Positions 8,895 through 17,501 of a stretch of 64,000 nt of DNA are shown here, one piece after another. This stretch comes from an uncultured Ignavibacteriota bacterium (lineage in GTDB: Bacteria; Bacteroidota; Ignavibacteria; Palsa-1295): contig CAIUMP010000030.1 of assembly GCA_903900335.1 (NCBI GenBank), positions 8,068 to 72,067 of the forward strand, given 5' to 3'. The notes below the pieces were generated by a model that ran no database searches, was not told the origin of the DNA, and saw only the letters and a program-made list of their open reading frames with translations. Position numbers and translations under genes: made by a program. Numbering within the stretch: the stretch's first letter is position 1; each line of letters begins with the position of its first letter.

Positions 8895-9367
8895 TTCTTG
8901 ATTACTTTCACCGTCCTCACATCGCCCGTGTCGGTGAGGAGCCGGAGATAGTAGGTGCCGGGTGGTAGATGCTCCAATGGTATCTTCGCCTCGTGTGTAC
9001 CCGGTTGGGAAAGAAGATACTTTGCATTCTGTATCGGAATGCTCTTGCCGAGCAGATCGTGCAGTTCGATAGAGACCATCGCGGTGCGGCCCATATCATA
9101 GCTAACATCGAGCTCGTTTTCGAACGGGTTCTCTTCCACACGTACGGCGAGCAGCGCCTCTGCGGAGATCGTCCCTCCCGAAAGCACATTGCCATGTTGT
9201 GGCCCACGAAGTATGCCCAACCCATGATCGTCAATCGTGCCGTATGTGCTGTCGTAAGGGTGTAAGGTGGTATCTTGGGTGTAGGCCTTCTGCACAGTAG
9301 TGTCCCAGTCCTGATAGCGATTGCCTTGCTGCCCGATCTGGTAAATCAGTGTGAGGGAGTCGAGCCA
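8163..9367. repeat. 147-bp direct repeat (8163-8309 / 9221-9367), 7 mismatches
   Basis: Aligned by eye with offset 1058; encodes WLDSLTLIYQIGQQGNRYQDWDT..YTQDTTLHPYDSTYGTIDD in both genes. Confidence 0.9.
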
Positions 9368-12300
9368 CGCTTGGCGCTTGCCTTTCGAATCCGAATTGTA
9401 AAATCGAATAAAATCATCACGAAAAGCCAGACACTTATTATTATCTAGAATGTATCGTGCAATACTTAGCTGCATGGAAACGTCTTGTTGTGCAGCGCTG
9501 AACATGTCTTCAACATCACTGCAATACCACATCGTATCGAGATCATTGTACAGTACCTTTTTAAGAAACTCAAGATAATCTGGCCATCGGCCAATCCCTC
9601 CTTTACTCCATTCTGAGATGGCTCCATTGACAAAGCTAAATGCCTCCCCGATATGGGTTGCACTATCAAGCCATGCTGGACATTCCTCGATCAAGAGACG
9701 GAGCGTATCATAGGCTTGCTTCCCATCACCTGCACTCTCCAAAAGATATCCTTGAGAAAAGAGATAACCACAAGAGGAATCTGAGACTGCCGGAGAGAAT
9801 AATGGGACATCACCCTTTGGCTTAATAATGAGGCCACCGGAACATACAAACCCAGAGGAGCCTGGATCGGAAGTGAGATATCCACCGGTCGCAGTCGTTC
9901 CCGAACAAAGTGAATATGCGCCTCCACCCCAATAGTTGTTACTAATATCATTGAGCGCTGTGCTGCTTGAGGCACAGATCTCGGGCGAACCTTGGATATT
10001 GTTCCTGCCATATTCAGATGTCGGCCAGCTCTTGGGTGCAGGCGCTAAACCCAAATAGATAATCGTCCCCGACGAACCAGTCAGACTTAACTGTGTCCCC
10101 CCTGAGTTATTGTCCTTAATCAGGTTATACGCAGCGACATCCAAATATTCGTATGGAGAGGGATGATGGACACCTGCAAAATCCATAACACTATTACCTG
10201 AGCTCGTATAACCAGGCCCTGAGTTATTCGAAATGGTTGAAGCAATGATGTGCCCGACATCATGGGTTCCGCTAATCTGCCCATTTGCACAATACTTAAT
10301 CGTGTTAAGTTTAGCATAACCTATATACCAATCAGTTGAGATGCCAGCCGCGCCCGAATGGGTTAGTCCGAAAATGTCATTGCCACAAATAAGCGTCGTC
10401 GAGTTAGTGTTCGTCGAACCGGAGCTACTCTCATTCCAAATTCCTGTCTGAAATTTTTTGGCGTATAACGAGGTGGAAGTGGAACTTCCAATCGAATTGT
10501 ATCCGATATCGCCAATCGCGTCTTCGAAATGGATAGCGGCAGCGATGGAGCCGTCGGCTTCACCACCCGATCCCTGTACAAACAGATTGCTTTCAACGTT
10601 GATGTCCGTTCTCCAATCTGCATTCGTGCAATCCATCACCTTGATTCCTTCGGGATTTGGATAATTCGACAGGTCTTTGAAATTTCCGAAATAAGAGTTC
10701 GACGCGTTGAAGGAATACTCGACTGTTGTCGTGGGGTCCTGCTCATAGCTAATCCCCACTCCCCAGATGTTTTCGAATTCGGCGCCATCGATGGAGACCG
10801 GCTGCTGATCGTATGGAGCGAGTGCCGTATTGATAGTCACGCCATCGAAGTATCCTCCAGAGACAGTAAGTCCCCCGGGATTCGAGGGATGTACATCGTT
10901 CGCAAGTGCTTCGATATAGGTGTGGCTTCCGACGGAGAAATAGCAATTATCGAAGGTAGTGCTGGCTGCCTGGCCGCTGTACCCGCCACGACAGTTATAG
11001 ATTGGATTGTTCGCAGTGTTGTCGGCGGAAATAAACCGGCATTTGTTGAATGTAGCGTCGGTATAGGACCAGATAATCCCTGTATGATTGCCTGAACCCG
11101 TCACGCTGTTATCATACCGGTATGCAACGTTCACGTCTGTCATCGTAAGCGCATAGTCATCGAATTTGAGGAGCGTATTCCCATGGGTAATTAGCGTGAC
11201 AGGATTAGCAATCGTGTTGACGTATGCATAGCCTGCCATATTCATCAGCGTCGCTTCATTCGTGCCGGTGAATTCCAGCGTCCCGCCGTTGAAGGTTGCA
11301 AAATTTCCATCGGTACCCTTTAAATAGTTGCTGTAGCAGACGACCGAATCGTCGGAATGGACTTCGAATTTCGATAGAGAGTTGTCGTTCAGGACAATTT
11401 GCGACCGGCACCCCACAATCTTAAACGATCCACTGGTATTGGTGCTGCCATCGCCAATCTTGAGTGTTACGACATTCGGTGAAGTACCCGCGAGAATGGT
11501 AAGCTGCGCTGATCCCGCATAATCCACTTGTCCGGAAGGATCGGAATACAATGTCATTGTGAGCCCTTGTAGAAGTGTCGGGGTTAAGCTTCCACCGTGC
11601 CCGCTTCCATCGGCGACTTTACAGAGGTCGGTCACGAGCGTGTTCTCTTCGATGTTCTGATCGAAATAGCGCAAGTCACGTCGATAATAGTGAAGACGTA
11701 CACCTGAACTATCCGCCAGCCAGTGAGGATGAATCCCCATTTGATTGGCCGCTCCCACATACAGGCATGGCTGGTGGCTACCGGTAGCAACGGGATCAAA
11801 ATATGGGAAATCCCCGGTCGAAGTTCCGCCACTGACAAAATAGCCCTTACTCGGATCGTTATTTGCGATAATCATTAGCGGGTTTGTTCCTCCCTTGGCA
11901 CCTACATTGATCGTCCCGCCAGAGTGGTTCAAGACATACAGGCAATGAAACTCATCGAAGGAGCCAGCGGTGGTATTTCCCTGATATGGGTCCGCAAAAG
12001 CGCGAATGTAATCGTCCACTAGAGGAAATCCGGCACTCGTTTCAATCGGGCAAGGTGAGGGTCGCGTCGTATTTGAAGCGCCATCGCAATAGTAGCTGTT
12101 CACGGCCAACGACCCAGACGTAATTCGGTTAAAGCACAGACATTTTTTGCCCGTATTGTCCGCCGCGATAAAATAGATGGCTTTATCTGTCGATCCGCTT
12201 CCAGCGGCGCTTGCATCGACGATTCGCGCGTGCGTAGCGCTTGACGCTGGCCAGGTCTGGTTCGAAAGCAAGAATGGAACAAGCATAGGGGTTGGAAACA

Positions 12301-13195
12301 AAGTCCCATTCCATTCCGTCCATTGTGGCTGCCCCGGTATGGTGTTCAAAAAGACGATATCCACATTGCCGATGCTACCCGAATGCCGCACATCGATAGC
12401 GATAGTTGGACACCTTCCGTTCGCAACAAAGCCAGTTCCGCCCGTTCCCAGCAGGGTCACGGCGCTTGTGCTTAGGTTCACTGCCGCCGCGTGAATGGTG
12501 TATGTGCTCGACGCGTATTCCTCCCACACCACATACAAATAGCTTGCATCGATCGCGACATCGAACATGTCAGGATAAAGCGATTCGTTCGACGAAGAGA
12601 CAAGCGTGTGGCCGGATGCAATAATGTCATCGACAAATAGGACCGCATTATTATCCTTGACGATTTTTTCGCTGTTCGTTGCGGGCAAGCTGACGAAGTC
12701 GATTCCGATTCCTGTGGAAGCATTGTCTGTCGTTGCTGGGTCGAATCCATTGACATAAAGCTTGTCCCGACTCGAAGTGCTATTCAACCAAACGTATCGG
12801 ACATTCCCTTTGAGGTTTGCAGCACATTTGATTGCCTCAGTTGGGTACGCATCGCCCGAGCCACCTGTGAAGGTAGGCGTTTTCGCGGCCAGTACCCCGG
12901 CTTGTGCATCGGTCGCCGTAAGCGTCGTTAACCTATTAGAAAGCAAGAACAGCGATTTAGCGCTGTTCACGTTCGTCGTCGAACTCGAGGCAGTCCATTG
13001 CCCGTAGCCATTCGCGGCAAGGCAATCCATCGTCAGAATGCTGTGTCCCGCTCCTGTCGCCGCCGCAACATCGTTGGGCGTTTGAAAGTTATAGGTGACC
13101 TGCGCCCATAAGGCAAGCGGCGCAAAAAGGAGAAGCAAAGATCCAAGCAGTGTGCTTCTATGTATGCAAAGTGCGAAGAAATGATTCCGTTTCAT
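8891..13195 (-). CDS. Large T9SS-secreted protein (1434 aa) with a central beta-helix-like region
   Basis: Signal peptide; Ser/Thr/Gly/Asn-rich beta repeats, NNYWG motif; CTD (EENPFEN..HDLLGK..PGTYYLRL..KVIKK). ATGA overlap with the downstream gene. Confidence 0.88.
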   Translation of the reverse strand: MKRNHFFALCIHRSTLLGSLLLLFAPLALWAQVTYNFQTPNDVAAATGAGHSILTMDCLAANGYGQWTASSSTTNVNSAKSLFLLSNRLTTLTATDAQAGVLAAKTPTFTGGSGDAYPTEAIKCAANLKGNVRYVWLNSTSSRDKLYVNGFDPATTDNASTGIGIDFVSLPATNSEKIVKDNNAVLFVDDIIASGHTLVSSSNESLYPDMFDVAIDASYLYVVWEEYASSTYTIHAAAVNLSTSAVTLLGTGGTGFVANGRCPTIAIDVRHSGSIGNVDIVFLNTIPGQPQWTEWNGTLFPTPMLVPFLLSNQTWPASSATHARIVDASAAGSGSTDKAIYFIAADNTGKKCLCFNRITSGSLAVNSYYCDGASNTTRPSPCPIETSAGFPLVDDYIRAFADPYQGNTTAGSFDEFHCLYVLNHSGGTINVGAKGGTNPLMIIANNDPSKGYFVSGGTSTGDFPYFDPVATGSHQPCLYVGAANQMGIHPHWLADSSGVRLHYYRRDLRYFDQNIEENTLVTDLCKVADGSGHGGSLTPTLLQGLTMTLYSDPSGQVDYAGSAQLTILAGTSPNVVTLKIGDGSTNTSGSFKIVGCRSQIVLNDNSLSKFEVHSDDSVVCYSNYLKGTDGNFATFNGGTLEFTGTNEATLMNMAGYAYVNTIANPVTLITHGNTLLKFDDYALTMTDVNVAYRYDNSVTGSGNHTGIIWSYTDATFNKCRFISADNTANNPIYNCRGGYSGQAASTTFDNCYFSVGSHTYIEALANDVHPSNPGGLTVSGGYFDGVTINTALAPYDQQPVSIDGAEFENIWGVGISYEQDPTTTVEYSFNASNSYFGNFKDLSNYPNPEGIKVMDCTNADWRTDINVESNLFVQGSGGEADGSIAAAIHFEDAIGDIGYNSIGSSTSTSLYAKKFQTGIWNESSSGSTNTNSTTLICGNDIFGLTHSGAAGISTDWYIGYAKLNTIKYCANGQISGTHDVGHIIASTISNNSGPGYTSSGNSVMDFAGVHHPSPYEYLDVAAYNLIKDNNSGGTQLSLTGSSGTIIYLGLAPAPKSWPTSEYGRNNIQGSPEICASSSTALNDISNNYWGGGAYSLCSGTTATGGYLTSDPGSSGFVCSGGLIIKPKGDVPLFSPAVSDSSCGYLFSQGYLLESAGDGKQAYDTLRLLIEECPAWLDSATHIGEAFSFVNGAISEWSKGGIGRWPDYLEFLKKVLYNDLDTMWYCSDVEDMFSAAQQDVSMQLSIARYILDNNKCLAFRDDFIRFYNSDSKGKRQAWLDSLTLIYQIGQQGNRYQDWDTTVQKAYTQDTTLHPYDSTYGTIDDHGLGILRGPQHGNVLSGGTISAEALLAVRVEENPFENELDVSYDMGRTAMVSIELHDLLGKSIPIQNAKYLLSQPGTHEAKIPLEHLPPGTYYLRLLTDTGDVRTVKVIKK

Positions 13196-13341
13196 ATATC
13201 AATCATTCGTTTCGAATGAATGGAATGTCGTTGGTCTGGTGGGCAAACGTGAGCCGGGTAAGGGCCGGGCGACGTAAGACTAGAAGGCCTCGGGCGCAAT
13301 AAACAATGAGTCTTCGAGGGGGCACCCTCGAAGAGGCAGCG

Positions 13342-13373
13342 CAAATATACGAACAATCTTTCCGAAAAGCAAA
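13342..13373 (-). promoter_or_regulatory. Bacteroidota housekeeping-sigma promoter (-33 TTTG / -7 TAnnTTTG)
   Basis: Minus strand reads TTTG-N20-TATATTTG, upstream of the 1434-aa gene. Confidence 0.75.
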
Positions 13374-13449
13374 TTAATTCTCGTGCTTTCTTAAGAGCAC
13401 CTCTAAAATCTCGCCTCTCTTAATGCTTACTTCCTCCATTCTTAATTGA

Positions 13450-14790
13450 TTACCTCCACCCCTTCAACCTCCTCCGTTCCGAAGCGCTGATCTCAATCAC
13501 CGGCGGCGGTGCAAAACCTTCGACAATGGTACGCTCGATCTCGGTCCCGATGCGACGTTCAATCTCACGCATCAGCGGCTCTTCTTCCGGGCCAACCAGA
13601 GTTATCGCGACTCCAGTCTTCTCCGCGCGCGCCGTACGGCCTACGCGATGAACGTAATCGTCCGGGGACATGGGTGGCTCGTAGTTGATGACATGGCTGA
13701 TGTCATCTATGTCAAGTCCGCGCGAGGCGACGTCGGTTGCGACGAGCGTATCGAACTTTCCGCTCTTGAAATTGGCCAGGGCCTTTGTGCGGTCGGACTG
13801 CGTGAGGTCAGAATGCAACTTGTTAACGTTAATGCCCGCATGGCTAAGCACGTGGGTCACACGATCTGCATCGTGCTTGGTTCGCGTGAAGATCAGTGTC
13901 GGGCCGCGCTCCATCTCTTTCAGGAGCTTGAGCAGAAGCTCAGGCTTCTTGAGTCGCATGACGGAATAGACCATCTGCGTAACACCCTCCGCTGGTTTGC
14001 GGCGGCCACCGACCATGATCATCGTCGGGTCGTTCATCAATCGCCGTGCAAGCTCTTCGATCTGATGATCGAGCGTGGCGCTGAACATGAGCGTCTGTCT
14101 GTCATGGTTCATCTGCGCGGTGATGCGCTTGATCTGCGGCAGGAATCCCATGTCGAGCATTCGATCCGCTTCATCAAGGACGAGAAATTCCACTGCTGCA
14201 AGTGAGATGACTCGCTGCTGTACGAGATCGTTGAGTCTTCCGGGCGTTGCCACAAGCACATCGCATCCTTTCGACAAATCGCGCTCCTGTGTCCGTTGGC
14301 TTACACCGCCATAGACGACGACAGCTTTCAATCCCGTGCCCTGTGCAAAGCTGAAAGTAGCCTCATGCACCTGCACGGCGAGTTCGCGCGTTGGCGTAAG
14401 TACAAGAACGCGCGGACGGTCGCGGTGCTTCGCTTGAGCACTCCCGCGTTCGACAGGAGAGCAAATAAGTGAATCAAGCAGCGGCAACATAAACGCTGCC
14501 GTCTTGCCCGTCCCGGTTTGGGCGATGCCGATGAGATCATGGCCTTCAAGGACAATCGGAATCGCCTCGCGCTGAATGGGCGTTGGATGCTTATAGCCGA
14601 TCTTCTCGACACGCTCGCAGATCTCGGGGATAAGGCCTAAGTCAAAGAATGTGGCGGTGAGGATCGGCTCCACGGCGAGTGCGGTGGGTTCGATTTCGGT
14701 GGTGAGTGGTGAGTTTTCGATGGTCTCGGTCATGGTCGGTGGAGAAGCCTTTTTGTGAGATCCGGCTTTAGATTTCTTATTTTCGTCCAT
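13450..14790 (-). CDS. DEAD-box ATP-dependent RNA helicase (RhlE-like)
   Basis: Q motif PTPIQ, AQTGTGKT, PTRELA, TPGRL, DEAD, SAT, RGLD, HRVGRTAR. Start may be 14733. Confidence 0.95.
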   Translation of the reverse strand: MDENKKSKAGSHKKASPPTMTETIENSPLTTEIEPTALAVEPILTATFFDLGLIPEICERVEKIGYKHPTPIQREAIPIVLEGHDLIGIAQTGTGKTAAFMLPLLDSLICSPVERGSAQAKHRDRPRVLVLTPTRELAVQVHEATFSFAQGTGLKAVVVYGGVSQRTQERDLSKGCDVLVATPGRLNDLVQQRVISLAAVEFLVLDEADRMLDMGFLPQIKRITAQMNHDRQTLMFSATLDHQIEELARRLMNDPTMIMVGGRRKPAEGVTQMVYSVMRLKKPELLLKLLKEMERGPTLIFTRTKHDADRVTHVLSHAGINVNKLHSDLTQSDRTKALANFKSGKFDTLVATDVASRGLDIDDISHVINYEPPMSPDDYVHRVGRTARAEKTGVAITLVGPEEEPLMREIERRIGTEIERTIVEGFAPPPVIEISASERRRLKGWR

Positions 14791-14795
14791 TCATA

Positions 14796-16298
14796 ATGAT
14801 GATAGCGAAGATGACACGGAGTTTTTTTATCCTTGCCCTGGTGATCGGGGCAGTCCCGTTCCTGGGCATAACACCAGAATCTGAACTTTTCGCTCAGATT
14901 CCAAGAACGATTTCGTATCAGGGGTATCTAACCCAAAAATCCGGTGCGCCCATACCCGACGGCAATCACATCCTCGTCGCGGCTCTCTATGCAACGCGCA
15001 CAGGAAAGATTGTCCTGTACAGCACACAAGATACTGTTGCAACTGTCGGCGGACATTTCGACATGCTACTGGATTCCATTCCCAGCGGCCTTGCATTTGA
15101 CAAAGAGCTATTCTTGGGTATTTCCGTCGATGGCGGCGCGGAGATGAAACCACGCGGGCTGTTAACGGCTGCTCCTTATGCGTTAAATGTGCCAACACAG
15201 TTCGGGACTATCTCGAACATCACCTCGACTGATAAATCCGTTACGATCACGAATGGCGTTGGGCCAACGGTTGATCTTTCTGTTCCGGCAAAGAGTGGCG
15301 GAACAGTGGCCTGGTCGAATATTATCGGAGCACCATCATCTTTCCCGCCAAGTGGCCCTGCCGGCGGAGACTTAACTGGGACATATCCAAATCCATCGTT
15401 AATTCAGAATGGCGTCGTAGCTGGTACTTATACCAATGCAACGGTGACGGTTGACAATACGGGACGTGTGATCTCGGCGAGCAGTGGGTCGAGCGGAGGA
15501 GGTGGATCGTTGACTCTTCCTTACACTGGTTCCGCATCCTCAACAACTGCTCCTATCTTTGATATTCAAAATACAACCAGCGGAACGGATGCTATTGGTG
15601 TACGAGGTAGGATTGCATCAACGAGCACGGGATCGACGCCAACCAGCGCCGGTGTATTCGGTGCCAATACCAGTTCATCCTCCACGCTATCTGCCTATGG
15701 AGTTGCGGGGACTGTCATTGGTAACTCTTTCGCAAATTCGGCTGGGGTATATGGTTACAATTCTAACTCGACGGCCGGCATTGGGGTATCTGGAAGAGGG
15801 TATTGCGGAGTCGTTGGAACCACGTCTTCTGCAACAACGGGTGCTGCGGCAATCTTTGGCAATGCAACAAGCAGCTCTGCATACTCTGGCTATTTTACAG
15901 GTGGAATTGGTCTCCACGTTGTGGGAGACTATTCGGCTACTGGCCTCAAGAACGCAATAGTCAAAGTTGGTAGCGAATCTCGTAAACTCTACTGCGAAGA
16001 AGCCGCCGAAGTGTATTTCACGGATTACGGCTCCGGCAAAATTGTCAACGGTCACGGGCATGTCGATCTCGATCCGCTATTCGCGCAAACTGTAACGATC
16101 GACGAGCAACATCCAATGAAAGTCTTCGTCACAATGAATGGCGCGACGAACGGAGTGTATGTCGTTAAGAGAGATGGCGGATTCGATGTGATCGAGAATA
16201 TGCTTGGTAATTCGGATGCGGATTTCGATTATCGGGTCGTTGCTAAGCGTCGGAATTACGAAGACGTGCGAATGGAAAAAGCCGAACCTCCGCGCTAA
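14796..16298 (+). CDS. Secreted fibre-like protein with a phage tail-fibre chaperone-like C-terminus
   Basis: Signal peptide then QIPRTISYQGYL; GPAGGDLTGTYPNP and VTVDNTGRV fibre motifs; GVxG repeats; C-terminal LYCEEAAEVYFTDYGSG..FDYRVVAKR. Confidence 0.7.
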   Translation: MMIAKMTRSFFILALVIGAVPFLGITPESELFAQIPRTISYQGYLTQKSGAPIPDGNHILVAALYATRTGKIVLYSTQDTVATVGGHFDMLLDSIPSGLAFDKELFLGISVDGGAEMKPRGLLTAAPYALNVPTQFGTISNITSTDKSVTITNGVGPTVDLSVPAKSGGTVAWSNIIGAPSSFPPSGPAGGDLTGTYPNPSLIQNGVVAGTYTNATVTVDNTGRVISASSGSSGGGGSLTLPYTGSASSTTAPIFDIQNTTSGTDAIGVRGRIASTSTGSTPTSAGVFGANTSSSSTLSAYGVAGTVIGNSFANSAGVYGYNSNSTAGIGVSGRGYCGVVGTTSSATTGAAAIFGNATSSSAYSGYFTGGIGLHVVGDYSATGLKNAIVKVGSESRKLYCEEAAEVYFTDYGSGKIVNGHGHVDLDPLFAQTVTIDEQHPMKVFVTMNGATNGVYVVKRDGGFDVIENMLGNSDADFDYRVVAKRRNYEDVRMEKAEPPR

Positions 16299-16303
16299 GG
16301 CCG

Positions 16304-16311
16304 TATCTTTG
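16304..16311 (+). promoter_or_regulatory. -7 promoter element TATCTTTG 4 nt before the ATG
   Basis: Matches TAnnTTTG. Confidence 0.5.
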
Positions 16312-16315
16312 CATC

Positions 16316-16819
16316 ATGTACACTATCTTTGTAATACTTCACATCCTTAGCGCGGGAATCTGGACCGGGCTTGGCGTTGTCATGATTCTGGCGAACAACT
16401 TTCGGCAGCGCGCAGCCGGTACGCTTGGAGAACTCTACCTCATGCGGATGACGCTCATCTGTGGCTCCGTGATGGGAAATATTGGCGGCATAGGGATACT
16501 AATTACAGGACCTGCCATGGCTGGCATTGACCATCAGCCGTGGTTCGCATTCGAAACTCTTCCTTGGCTCGCGTTGAAGCAAGTGATATTTATGATCATT
16601 CTCGGCATCACGTTCGCCATTTACGTGCCACGCAGCAAGAGAATTGGCAAGAGAATTGGCGAGGAGATGGGGGGAGCACACCCAGCAGGTGGTGCCTCAG
16701 CAGAGTTGCGTGTAATGTTTGATAAGCTCATCACCATTGGAATTATCACCCAGGGGTTGGTGCTGCTGAATATCATTCTCGGGAAGTGGCAACCTACGTT
16801 GTGGGCAGGGCTGCCATAG
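16316..16819 (+). CDS. Four-TM membrane protein (DUF2269-like)
   Basis: LHILSAGIWTG, GILITG, PWLALK; paralog of the next gene. Confidence 0.75.
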   Translation: MYTIFVILHILSAGIWTGLGVVMILANNFRQRAAGTLGELYLMRMTLICGSVMGNIGGIGILITGPAMAGIDHQPWFAFETLPWLALKQVIFMIILGITFAIYVPRSKRIGKRIGEEMGGAHPAGGASAELRVMFDKLITIGIITQGLVLLNIILGKWQPTLWAGLP

Positions 16820-16869
16820 AGTGTTTATTTTTGTCTTGCTACTGAACTACCACTAATTACATTTGTCTC

Positions 16870-17373
16870 ATGTGGCACACATTCTTTGTCGTACTTCATA
16901 TTCTTAGCGTCGGAGTATTCATCGGTTTAGTCACCAGCACAATGATCGGGACGTCCTTGCGAAAGAAGGTCATTGGCACTCCCGCCGAGCTCGCCTCGAT
17001 TCGCATGGGCTCGGTCGTCGCGCCGATCATGTCCATGATCGGAAGCATCGGAGTCCTCGTCTCGGGTATCGTGCTAACGATGATGAATTATTCCTTCTTC
17101 CCATTCGATTCCATTCCCTGGCTGGCATTAATGCAGGTCATATTCCTCATCATCATGGCTATTTCCGGTGCGATTCTTGTGCCGACTGGAAAGAAGATCC
17201 TTGCGATGGCAAGCGCGGAACTCGCCTCACCAAACGCTGCCAAAGGAGCAAGCGCGGAATTGCGTGCACTCGTCGCAAAGCAGTACATGACGTCTCACGT
17301 CGCGGCCCTGCTTTTACTACTCAACATCATTCTCGGGGCATCGAAGTCGATGATGTGGGTGCACCCGATGTAA
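16870..17373 (+). CDS. Four-TM membrane protein (DUF2269-like), tandem paralog
   Basis: LHILSVGVFIG, GVLVSG, PWLALM; GASAELR shared with the previous gene. Confidence 0.75.
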   Translation: MWHTFFVVLHILSVGVFIGLVTSTMIGTSLRKKVIGTPAELASIRMGSVVAPIMSMIGSIGVLVSGIVLTMMNYSFFPFDSIPWLALMQVIFLIIMAISGAILVPTGKKILAMASAELASPNAAKGASAELRALVAKQYMTSHVAALLLLLNIILGASKSMMWVHPM

Positions 17374-17405
17374 GTCAATACAACCCAATAGGATTCGATC
17401 ACGAT

Positions 17406-17491
17406 GTGGGCGGCCTCTGTGCCGCCCTTTCTTTTTTTGAAGAGCAAACTGTTGCAACCTGATAGGAAAGGGCGGCGCGGAGCCCGCCCAC
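17406..17491. terminator. Inverted pair of hairpins (REP-doublet-like), probable bidirectional terminator
   Basis: 17406-17431 and 17466-17491 are reverse complements at 23/26 positions; each is a GC hairpin followed by T-rich sequence on its own strand; lies between convergent genes. Confidence 0.7.
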
Positions 17492-17501
17492 CACGCGGGG
17501 C

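Noticed and set aside
8163-9367. DGR template/variable repeat pair
   Set aside because: Mismatches are not confined to adenines of either copy on either strand, and there is no reverse transcriptase in the window.
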